The notes under the pieces are model-generated. The model was given only the letters and a program-made list of their open reading frames with translations. It searched no databases and was not told where the DNA came from. A stretch of DNA of 64,000 nucleotides from Kudoa neothunni (Eukaryota; Animalia; Cnidaria). Of this stretch, positions 1 through 11,598 are shown piece by piece. The stretch spans positions 10,201,287 through 10,265,286 of the forward strand of contig OZ199839.1 of NCBI GenBank assembly GCA_964304625.1, written 5' to 3'. Made by a program: the position numbers and the translations under genes. Every line of letters begins with the position of its first letter. Position 1 is the first letter of the stretch.

Positions 1-1349
1 TGAACACGAGCTTCCACAATCACTACCTGAGCATCGCGCAGTAGTCCCTGTGTCAGGCCTGAGTTTATCAGCTGGGAAGAATTTTAATGCACAAGTTTGG
101 AATTTTACGTCACCTTGACCACCTGGATTATATAGGATTCGGTTAAGTGTTACACCGGTAATAGAATGTGCTGTTAAAAGAGAACTTGCGTTTGCATCCT
201 CCACAATAGCTAAAATTAATTAATATTTCTTTAGGACTGATAAAAATTTTACCAAATTTGCTCTCTTCATAACCATCAAAGGTAGTATCAGTCGTTATTA
301 GTTTATGATGCCTCGTTTGAATTAATATTTTCACGATTGGCTTAGTTTCAGAAAGTGCCAATTCCACATTATCACATGGTGCGTAACAATTTTTCCCAGC
401 TCCACCACCGCACGATGATGCATAAGTGGCTGTTTCATCACTGGCATTGTCTGCTGCATCTTTTATACTAAATAGACATATTTCTGATGGGAATGCATTC
501 AGGAATTTAAGCAAATAATTTTTCTTTTGAGTGTCGCCATGCTTATAGGCCACATAGTATTGAGGTTTATAAACGTCAATATTTTTTTTCATATAAGAAT
601 TTGGCATATTGTAGAAAAAACTTGGGTAGTTCGTGCATTTCATCTCATAATGAGGAATCATCGGATCAAAATCAACTGTATTTTCTTGATTATCGACTAC
701 ACACGTACCACCAGCGGTACCGGCTGCGTAGGTGACGCCCTTGTATAAAATTGGACATGGTACTTTAGGACATGTTTTAGTTGCAATCATTAACTTCTTG
801 TTTGAGTCCGTAGATATTGTAATTAATGGATTAATCAAGAGTGCTATTTATAATTTATTTTATGTAATTATTCAATTTAGCATACAAGTAGACAACCCAA
901 AAACGTCTCCGCCATTGTTTTTTTCTTTTATTGCACTAAATTGCTGACCAGAAAATACATAGATGTATTTTGTCCTTGGTGATAGTATATCGAACGTTAA
1001 CTTTATGTTGTTTCCAGAACAAGTACGAAGACACTTGTCATTTCCATGCTCATTATCACTATCATCACACGTATTAATCTGATCGAATTCAACAGCATCT
1101 TCCTTTTCTTTTCTTATTAGACATTTTTTTCCATTGGCATCATAGACCGATCCGGATAAAGTGAGATGTACTTTATCTCTATCTGCAATGCTATATGAGA
1201 GTTGTTTATCAGGTTTGGTAGACACATCTGGAGTTGCATGCACAGATTCCTTATTTATGACTACAAATGATTATAAATACAATGACAATTTTAATAAAAT
1301 TACAGGAAAATATAATCAAAACATTAAATAAGGAAATAGGAACCTTCAT
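1..1349 (-). CDS. Signal-peptide-bearing Cys-rich FN3-like repeat protein, paralog A (5' part; 3' end runs off the window)
   Basis: ATG at 1349 gives the signal peptide MKVPISLFNVLIIFSFINKESVHA. Phase-1 GT-AG introns at 1261-1303, 844-885 and 210-252 join ORFs 872-1243 and 143-838 into one frame that continues to the window edge (..QTCALKFFPADKLRPDTGTTARCSGSDCGSSCS). Collinear paralog of 5678-8635. Confidence 0.85.
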
Positions 1350-2230
1350 TGTTGTTGAATAAGAAATAAATCTGCTTATTTAACAAAGTATGAATAGACA
1401 ATATCAATTCATATTTGTAAAATAATATTCTCCTTAAACAAAATTATTAATTAATAAATGGAAACTATATATGATTATTACATTAACACTAGTTATATCA
1501 GTTTATACGAGTTTTGCCTCCATTGACTTTTACTAAACATTCTCTTTGTAATCAGATATAGGTAACGTTTTCATAAAAATATGATATCAATAGATATTAC
1601 TTTTTTTTTATTCTGAGTAAGTATTGTTTTTGTTAATTATTATGTAAAGAAAAATGATTTCAATACATCCTTCTATTTAAAATATTTCATTCGTTAATAC
1701 ATAATACTCATTTAATTTTTGACAAACTAAATAATAATATTTTCACGAGAATTAAATAATACAATTATCATTTTAATTTCTTCATTTATCCTAAATGTCA
1801 TTTGAATCAAGTATCAAAACATTTTTTAAAAATAATAGTATTTATTATTTTTTATACGGCGTAATTTATATAAATAAATACCAAGTTTCGAAAGAGTTAT
1901 TTCAATTATACTAGGTCGTAAATAAAAGGTGAATTCATGTGGATTGTAAAAAGTGTTTACAAAGATGTAATATCTTCAACACTTTAGCTAATGTCTACCG
2001 ACGGGGCTAGGATAAAAATTTTTGTCCTCCTTATATTCTGAACACCATTGAATACCAATTCCTTTTGTTAAACACACATTCATTATCTAAAATAAAATCA
2101 ATTGCTCTCATTTATCACAATTGAATCTAAAAATGACAACAACTATAAATATTAAATTTTTGATTCATCACTATTATAAAAATATTCAGTGGTATTAATA
2201 AAACTTTTTCGTAAAATTAACTTGTAGACA
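1350..2230. repeat. Duplicated upstream region of paralog A, homologous to ~8636-9362
   Basis: Shared blocks such as AATTCATATTTGTAAAATAATA, GATATAGGTAACG, GAATACCAATTCC and TTTTCGTAAAATTAACTTGTAGACA occur in the same order upstream of both paralogs. Confidence 0.8.
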
Positions 2231-3128
2231 TGGGATAGATTTAATCAGATCTCCCGTTTTGTTCCATCAGTGATAGAGTAACAATAGCAAGTTTTCCGTA
2301 AAATTCATCCATATTTGATGGAGTATGCTCCTAGTTTCTCTTGAAGGTATTTAAGAGCCAGCCTAATATTGATTAACATGTATACATAATGCTTTCATGT
2401 TTTTTATTCAAGTATAACTGTTTAAGTTGAATCTAAAATTGGACACACGAATAATTGTTCAATTGGAACAATATTCGGTTTATCTGAGGGAATGAATCAT
2501 ATGAGCTAAGGTTGATTTGTCCCGCTATAGAAGTTACGTAAGCTAATAAATCAAAAAAATAATAAAAAGAAACTTTGTTATTTTTTGGACTGGCGTTTAT
2601 TATAAACGGATTAACCACCTCTAAGCAAGAAAATTGTGCCACTATAAATTATCAAATTCGATAATCTATACAAAAATACGTAGAAAAAAGAGCCATTAAA
2701 TAGTTTATTTTATGTTTAGAAAATAAAATAAGTGTGGAATATATTATACCGCTTAATAATATACTTCAGAAAGTAATTGGAAAGTCAATTAAAGAGTGAA
2801 TCATTAACAGCACGTTAAGGTATGACAACGAAGGGTTTTGGAAACCTAAAAATTAATATCGGATACCATAATTTTAATAAAATTTTGATTGATATGTATT
2901 TATTTTTTGATAATACCAAAAATCGATTTGTCTTATTGGGCACCATACCCATGAAGCATTAAGAAATATAATTTTAACTAAAATTCAGTTTAGTTTAGTT
3001 TATTTTAATTTATTATTAAAGAATTTTAAATAAATCGTGTCTCCGACCTAGTACGTCAAATATATTTCCTTCGTAATAATCCTACCTGCGTAGAAATATT
3101 TTCTCCACCCCCGCATTATATTGTTTAA

Positions 3129-5067
3129 CCCTTTCGTTCCCAATTTTTTTTTGCTTGAAATTTTTTTCTGTTAAATTAATTATAAAATTATATACAATTT
3201 AAAATTTATGCTTTAAACAATAATTATTTAACAACAATTTGGTCTTTTTTAATCCGTTCACTAAGGTGGACGATGGGTATTTATTTACCTCGGCATATTC
3301 GCGCGTTGGTTACGCGCTAAAAAGGAACATACATAAATAAATTTTAATTTTAAAATATTTTTACAGATTGTTATGAAAGTTATAGAATCAATTCATTTCT
3401 TTCCTAAGACAAACCCTACACCTTGAATGTGTAGTCATCATTTGGGGGGAAATGTCCAACCACGTTCAGACAGACTTCATCACTCAATAGATTAGATCTC
3501 ATTCATTTTTTATTGGCGTTGAAGTAATTTTTCCCACCATCAGTTTGATTAAGCGAGGGTCTACCACGTTACGTTTGAGACGTCATCGATTGATGGTGGA
3601 TAAGATCTTCATTAACTTTTAAAGAAGAAATCCAACGAATCCATTGCTTCATTCTCATCGGTACGTCTCACGGAATAATTTCGTTTTTAACATAGCCAAT
3701 CGTTAACCATGCATGTATTTATAACCCAAAAGAATATTCTTAAGTATTACTTTCTGCATTTATGTTTCAGTACATAAAGTGACATGAGCATACCTGATAG
3801 GTCAACTCCACCCCTATTTTGGTTATATTCTTTAACAACAGTTGGACAAGGAATTTTTAGCATTTTTTTCTTAGACCTATTGAGACTGGTTCAATCGAGG
3901 AGTGAGTAGATGAAAGGATGACAACTGACCCATCAAACCGTCGTGTTATCGATATTCCATTGCCAGAGTCATATGCAGAATGATACGAGCCACGTCCTTC
4001 TTTTTTAAATTTTTGTCACTACTCAATGGACAACCCTTTTCCTTATCAATACGTATCGTATCAACATAATAGATATTTCCTCGTTTTAAGAAGATTTGGA
4101 GCGGGATAAATGTAAACCAGTTGTCAAAATATGTGAAATATAGTTCTCCCAACGGTCAACTTTAGAAACGATGCTCTAACTGAATCTAAAAAAGGTCTAA
4201 TCTTAGTGAATATATCGTATTTGGTCGAATTAAGATCCGTGATAATTTTAGAATTAACCGTGAAATGCAAGTATTTATATATTTGCTCAAAACAGTTCCT
4301 TGGGAATGTCTCGGAAACAAGGGGATAGTTCACAAGTTTCAACCAATAACATCCATACCTCGGCACTCTTACTATCCCCATAATAATCAAAACCCACAGA
4401 TATTTTTCTAACCTAAACATCAGTTTTGAAATAAGCATTTTGTTGAGTAGCTTACAGATTTGATTCATACGCAATTGGCAACATGAGGTCATGCAAGCTG
4501 CTAAAGATGGTCTTATTGATTTCTAAATTTTCAGCTAAACTTGGAACATTCTATTTCCTTCCTCATTTAAAATTTGATCGTCATCGGAATCACTAGAATT
4601 TGGATGTTTCATCACCTAATTCTGACTCATTTTGAATGATAGGACAATCCGACTCGTCTACTATCACATATGGTTCTGACTGATCCGCATCCGGAAATAC
4701 AATTACTTCTGTGATGGTTTTACCATTTTCTTTTTGACTTAAAAGAATATCATGGTCCACTATAGTATCCACGTGGAGATCTGTGTGATATTATTATATT
4801 TGAATCACAAATTAATTAAATTTCATTCATTAAATATCCACTACATTTTTCCAAATATTTTAGATTATTTCAGCGTTATAAAAAGGGAGGGTTGTATCGC
4901 AAATTAAAATTACCATATAGCATTTATTAATATATTATCTCATTAAATGTATAGCATGACAACTTATGTTTATCGTATTCACAAATTATTCTTTTAATAA
5001 TTTATGTGCTTATATACATAAGCGAATTAACTTTTGCCCACTAATGTGGACAATTGGAACAAAAAGG
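3129..5067 (-). mobile_element. Decayed piggyBac (PGBD3/PGBD2-like) DNA transposon
   Basis: TTAA at 3125-3128 and 5068-5071; imperfect TIRs CCCTTTCGTTCCCAATT / CCTTTTTGTTCCAATT. Broken transposase motifs RNCFEQIYKYLHF, KIRPFLD, YFDNWFT and CPTVVKEYNQNRGGVDLS, with stops and frameshifts. Confidence 0.9.
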
Positions 5068-5677
5068 TTAAATAAAAATACATTCTACTGTCGATTGATA
5101 GTATTTTGCGTTTCAATAATTTTAAACAGATTATTTTTTTCAATAAAAAAAACATTTTTTATGGTTTTTGTGATTGAGAGATTTTATAATTAAATTTAAA
5201 TTACAGTTTCGTTTATGCTAACTACAAATCATTTACGTAAATTTAATGGATATATGCTCTCTGTGACATTTTTAAATGATATATTTATTTGATAACTTTA
5301 ATACATAAACAGCAATTCTTTGATTGATGATTTTAAGTTTGCTAAAACAAGTTCAAATAAATGCATATATTTACTTAACTATCACTGTGTTAATATTTAA
5401 ATAGTATCCTTCAGTATAATGATAAGAGATTTATTATAATAACATAAAAATATTTTTCATATTTTGATATAAATCTTTGTAGGATTACATAAATATAATA
5501 TATAAGTGACAAATTTTAATAAAATATTTCATTTAATATAAAACAACTAATTTGTAAATATAATTTACCAAAATCTAAAAGTGGTTCAATTAACAGTCAA
5601 ATGTATCACAAATATTGATTTGATATATAAATAACATTGTTTTAATGAAATTAATAAACTCTTGATAAGGTCGATCC

Positions 5678-8635
5678 TTATGCTTGATTCTTCTTGTAAC
5701 CAAAGTATAATCCAACGATTACGACAACAATAACAATTGGTACCACAATTCCAATTATCCTAAATGGTAACTTATTCAAACTCGACCATATTTAGTGTTA
5801 ATACATGCTGGTGCTCGCCCTATAAATCAATGATAATAAATATTATTTTTACTCAATGTTACCTTGATTGATTGGAAGTCTCTCCTATATTTATGATTAA
5901 ATTAATTATTAATTATTGTTAAATACCTTGTTTTATTCGCCCAACACCTTTAACTGTAGGATATTTTGAGTGAATAACCGTTAAATGATAATCACTAGTA
6001 TCGTTTACGCCTTCAATTGTGAATGACTTGCATGTAGGTAGTTTACAACCACCAACTCCACTTGTAACACATTTTTTCACTATTGGTAAAGAAGGATCGT
6101 TCAAATTTCTCAACATCCATCGACACCTTGAATTTTCATTCTTTTCTTTTGGAAGCAATGATGTAATTTTTAAGGTGTCACCAACTCTTTCGATAATCAC
6201 TGTGATTTGTTTGTCCAATTCCGCAGGATTCTCAGGTGGGATGTCTATTTGTAGATGATGTATCAGAACTTTCTATAATTTGGTTGATAAATATTGTACT
6301 TTTGGGGATATCGATGGTAATTTCTTCCGATCTGTCTACAGCTGTAACCAACACTTGATATTCTTTTTCTGCTTCGTAACCCTCACCGATAATTATGCTA
6401 CTGCATAATGGTGGTTCACTACATGGTGGGAATTTAGAATGAGTAGTCACAATAGGAGTGGCTGATGCCGGAGTCGTCGTAGATGAACTTTGAGATGTAT
6501 CACCTCCGCTACTTGCTCTGGCCACTCTATTACTGTGATAATTAGTCTCACTGATCAACCGAGATTGTTTTGTTTCTGGATCATTGGTAGACTGGTCAAC
6601 ATTGACGGTAGGTGGGTTGGCCTGCGAAGGAGATGGGACAACAGTTGGGCAGGAATAAACTACATCTGAACTAATTCCATTTTTAACTTTGAGTTTATAG
6701 CTACAAACTGCTTCTGGATATGCGGTTGTTAATCTTCCAACAACCTGAAATCCTTTGTCTAGGAATTTATGGGATAGAGTGAGAGCCGATAAAGCTAATA
6801 TATGTAAATTAAATAAGGTTGCGGTATAATAATTTTACTAGTTGAAACATTCTCAAATATTTTTTCACCATAATCTTTATTTGAAACAACTTTAATATCA
6901 TAATTTGTTTTTGGGTGTAAATTTATCAGTTTCTGAGTATCCTTGCAAAATCCTCTGCATGGGTTACTATCTTCACATTCTGCTTCTTCATACATGTGTT
7001 TACCTGTTTTACTGATGTAATATGAACATGTTGGTTGGGTAGTTGTTGTTTCCACTGGTCCATCGACTGCCTTGATTATTGCAGTTACGTCATTTGTCGT
7101 AGGTGTTGTAGAGACAAAGTCAGATCCTGTATTTTTAACTAAAGAAATTAAGAAATGTAAACCATGTAATGAATTACTTGTTCTGAAAAATAAATATTCT
7201 TTGATGGTTTCGTAATTGGTTATAGTTCCTGCCGTTATTTCTATTATATATGATTTTCCTGATTCAAGGCCACTAATAGCGGTGTTTTCTGAGCATTGAT
7301 TTTCACAATTTGAATTTGAACATTGTGTAGTAATTCCATCACTCGTTCTTAGTTTATCAGCTGGAAAGAATTTTAATGCACAAGTTTGGAATTTTACGAC
7401 ATCCTGACCATTTGGATTATATAGGATTCGGTTAAGTGTTACTCCGTTAATAGCATATGTTGTTAAAAGTGTGCTTGCACTTGTTTCCTCAACAATTGCT
7501 ATAATTAGCGATAATTATAGTGCATTTACTACAAATCATACCGAATTTGCGATCTTCATAACCTTCAAACTCATTATTTATTGCCTCTATTTTATGATGC
7601 CTAGTTTGAATTAATATTTTCACGATTGCCTTAGTTTCAGAAAGTGCCAATACCACATTATCGCATGGTGCGTAACAATATTTCCCAGTTTCACCGCCAC
7701 ACGATGATGCATAGTTAGCGGTACTTCCGGTAGTAGTGCTGGCGGCGTCCTTTATATGGAATAGGCATATTTCCGACGGAAATGCATTCTGAAATTTAAG
7801 GAGATATTTAGTCTTTGTAGTATCACCTTCCTTATATGTCACATAATATTGGGGTTTATAAACGTCAATATTTTTTTTCATATAAGAATTTGGCATATTG
7901 TAGAAAAAACTTGGGTAGTTCGTGCATTTCATCTCATAATGAGGAATCATCGGATCAAAATCAACTGTATTTCTTGATTATCGACTACACACGTACCACC
8001 AGTGGTACCGGCTGCGTAGGTGACGCCCTTGTATAAAATTGGACATGGTACTTTAGGACATGTTTTAGTTGCAATCATTAACTTCTTGTTTGAGTCCGTA
8101 GATATTGTAATTAATGGATTAATCAAGAGTGCTATTTATAATTTATTTTATGTAATTATTCAATTTAGCATACAAGTAGACAGTCCAAACACGTCTCCAC
8201 CAGTATTCTTATTTTCTATTGTGTTTTTATCATTCCAGAAAATATATAGATGTACTTTGTTCTCGGAGATAGGATATTAAATTCCAATTTAATATCATCT
8301 CCAGAGCATGGGCGGAGGCATTTGCCAGTTTGACCAGTGGCTTCATTGTTGGGACAAGAAGTTATTTGCTCTATATCGGTGCCATCTTCTTTTCCTTTTC
8401 TTATTAGACATTTTTCCCCTCGGATGCATAGACCTTCCCATATAAAGTGAGATGTACTTTATTTTTATCTGCTATGCTATATGAGAGTTGTTTATCGGGT
8501 GTAGTAGACGCCTCTGGAGCTGCATGCACAGAATCCTTATTTATGACTACAAACGATTAAAAATACATTAATAATTCTATTATAATTACTAAAAAATGTA
8601 ATCAGAACATTAAATAAAACGAAGGGGACCCTCAT
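5678..8635 (-). CDS. Type I membrane protein with ~7 four-cysteine FN3-like modules, paralog B (~854 aa; three 1-nt homopolymer frameshifts in this sequence)
   Basis: ATG 8635 (MRVPFVLFNVLITFFIINKDSVHA). Introns 8547-8589, 8132-8173, 7499-7541, 7139-7177, 6795-6838, 6245-6299, 5885-5926, 5820-5862, 5760-5804. FN3-like strands ISGLESGKSYIIEITA, LINLHPKTNYDIKVVS, IEGVNDTSDYHLTVIH. TM segment MIIGIVVPIVIVVVIVGLYFGY, tail KKNQA-stop at 5678. Confidence 0.85.
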
Positions 8636-9680
8636 TGTTATTCAATATGAAAGCGATCTGCTTATATAATAAACTATGAATAGACAATAACAATTCATAT
8701 TTGTAAAATAATAATCTCCTTAATAAAATTATTAATTATTAAATGGAAATCTGGTATGATTATTACATTAATACTAGCTATATTGAATTATTAGAGCATT
8801 TCCTTAACTTATTTTTGCTAAACATTCTCTTTTAATCTGATATAGGTAACGTGTCCATAACATTATGATAGCAATAAATAATATAAATTTTTTATTCTGA
8901 TTAAATTTCGTTGTTTTTTAATTTATTATCTAAAAGAAATATGATTTCAACTGCTTCATTTCATCAGTATACAATACTTTTTTTATTTTTATCTTACAAG
9001 TACGAAATAAATATTTTATCAGTTTAATATCGTCATTGACCTCAAAAATCATCAGATGCAAGTAAAATAAAGGATTCATGTGACTTGTGTAAATATTTTA
9101 AAGCATATAAATATTATATTAAACACCCGAGCTGGTGTCTTACCATCGATATAGGATAATAATTTCCATCCTCATTATATTCTGAATACCAATTCCCTTT
9201 ATAAAACAAACATTATTTTCTATAATAAAATCGATGGCTCTCATTTTTACAATTAAATCTAAAAATAACAATAATTATAATTATTTGATTTTTAATTTTC
9301 CATTACCATCACAATATTCCATTATATTAATAAATATTTTTCGTAAAATTAACTTGTAGACAGTTAAAAATTTGTTATATTTATAACAACTAACATTTAA
9401 CACTATTTAAATCAAATATAAAGAACTCTATTAATTATGGAGTAATGTTGATTCAATATTGTCTGTCTAACTAAAGTAAACTAGATTTTATTGGGTTTAT
9501 ATGTTATGAAACGTGACCCGATTAGTAACGATGGCGGGTAACCGGCGGACGCCGAAGGGGGAGGAACTGAACTTTAACCATAATTCTTTATACATTTTTA
9601 ACAAACTAATCAATAAATTATAATTTATATTAAAATATTACGTAGCAAATATTAGCTTCTGTTAAAGAACACTATTAAAT

Positions 9681-9690
9681 ACGCATGCGC
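9681..9690. promoter_or_regulatory. NRF1/Ewg-like GCGCATGCG element just upstream of EXOSC9
   Basis: ACGCATGCGC about 25 nt before the ATG in AT-rich context; similar motifs precede INTS6 and LSM8. Confidence 0.4.
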
Positions 9691-9712
9691 TGTGTTGGAA
9701 AGGGTTTTTGAT

Positions 9713-10977
9713 ATGTACGCATTTCCTGGTTGTATAACAACAATTGAAAGAAAAAATTCAATCGATCTTTTTCAAAGTGGTCTGGTAGATTTTTCTATCA
9801 GCTTCCTAATAAATGGTATAATTGGTGGTGTTTCAATTTACAGAGAAAAGACGGTCGTAAATTTAAAGATTTCCGACCGATAAATGTAGTGGTTGATGTT
9901 GAAGACCAATCGTGTAGAATCGAAATGCAGAATACAATGTAATAATAAGCGGTGCCAATTTAAGTTTGATTTATTATCAATCAAATTAGACTTTTGGGGA
10001 GAGTTCAGTACCAATTAGTTAAACCTTTTGATAATGTCCCATCGGAAGGCATTCTTAAATTTCATATTTCGTGCGATAAAATGGCTTTACCAACATTAGA
10101 CGACATTAGGTATTGGAGCTGAGAATAGTATTACAGTGTTAATTTTTGCCGTTAACTCTAGCATCAATTCAGTGTGTGTATTGGTGGGGCGAATTTTGGA
10201 TCGTTGTTTCAAAGAAAGCCGTTCAATAGATATGGAATCGTTATGTGTTATTCGTGGCGAGAATGTAGGGAAAAATTCATTTTCTATTGTTTAAAAAACT
10301 TCCTCCACACTGATTCTTATGTCTCTTTTTTATTAGGTTGTGAAAATAGATATTTACCTTCATTATCTCTGTTTGGATGGTGCTCTCGTTGACACTGCTA
10401 GCATGGGTGTGTTAGCACTACTTAAAATTTTCCAGTATTTCCCCTTGTTGTTTCATTTGTTCAATTTTTTGTCTAATATTATGCTGCCTCACAAAGAAAA
10501 CCTCATATAACTGTAAATAACAAAGATATCACCATAGTAACTAACCTCTCGACATACTTTGTCTAAAATAAATCATTAGCATTCTGCTGATGATCATGAG
10601 CCATCAAAAATTTCTATACTACAGACGCCATTTGTATTTTGTGTTGGTTTAACAAATAAATGGTAATATTGGTTTTAATGGTGTTTATCTGATGAAGGTT
10701 TGTTTAGTGAGGAGATTATCGTGGATCCAACATTTTTGGAACAATTTGCTATGTTGGATGGGAACCCTTTTGTTGGGGGTTGATCAGAATATGGATATTC
10801 TATGCACTAAGTTTACAACTGAGGGAGCGTGTCTAAATTTCCCTCAAGTATTATTTAAATATGTCAGATTTTTTGTTTAAATTTATTAAACTTTTTTAGG
10901 TATTGCAAAATTGTATGACAATTGTTCACGAAGAAATGAAACATAGAATCAAAATTTTAGAAAATGCTCTTAATTAA
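9713..10977 (+). CDS. EXOSC9: Exosome complex component RRP45 (multi-exon)
   Basis: Spliced translation includes MYAFPGCITTIERK..RKDGRKFKDFRPINV, VPSEGILKFHI, GRILDRCFKESRSIDMESLCVIRGE, LHYLCLDGALVDTASMGVLALL and IIVDPTFLEQ, matching RRP45 motifs in order. One apparent extra-base frameshift near 10745-10762. Confidence 0.88.
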
Positions 10978-11301
10978 TTCCAAAGTTTGATAGTTTCTTA
11001 TATATTATTATTATTATTATAAACAGTTATATTCTCTGTGTAAATTGTAGTACTATTTAAGTCGGTATTGTTTATGGTCTCTAGAGAATAGTTTTGTTGG
11101 TGTTCATTTTTTGTCGCAATTTTAGTTATTGTTTCTATAGTGTGATGGGTAGTGTTTTGAGAGGAATAGAATGCGCAATAGATTGATTTTGTCGGAATTT
11201 TCTGTTTAAACCCCACACATCATCAAAATCTCCTAGCATACATATTCAATATTTTGCTTTGAAAATTACTTCTGGTGGTTAGGCTGAACTCAAGTTGTTT
11301 G

Positions 11302-11598
11302 ATGAGACGCCTACAAAACGTCACCAACAAGGTACTTAAAAGTAGACAATCAGCCAGAGAATGCCGAGCTCGTAAAAAAGTTAGGCATCAAAAATTGGAG
11401 GAGAAAATCATCATCCAAGAAACTAAAAACACTGAACTTTATAAAAAAATTGCAAATAGTACATTTTCTTATATAAATATTCTTAATATATTGATTTATT
11501 CGTAGATATTCAATATTTGCACATATTTGGATAGCGGAGGCACAATCACTCAAGACCAAATATCCACAATAAAAAGTATCAGCTACAACATTAACTAG
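11302..11598 (+). CDS. CREBL2: CREBL2/REPTOR-BP-like small bZIP protein (start uncertain)
   Basis: KSRQSARECRARKKVRHQKLEE matches the CREBL2 basic region (RSRQSARECRARKKLRYQYLEE). After intron ~11459-11505, IFNICTYLDSG parallels YKQWCMAMDQG; joining the exons needs one A removed from the A7 run at 11443-11449. Confidence 0.82.

Noticed and set aside
527-947. Plus-strand ORFs duplicated at 7836-8280
   Set aside because: Antisense shadows of the surface-protein exons; their identity reflects the converted tract.
9510-9570. GC-rich patch as a small ncRNA (similar patch at 14100-14170)
   Set aside because: No tRNA cloverleaf, Sm site or snoRNA box arrangement seen; more simply explained as promoter sequence.
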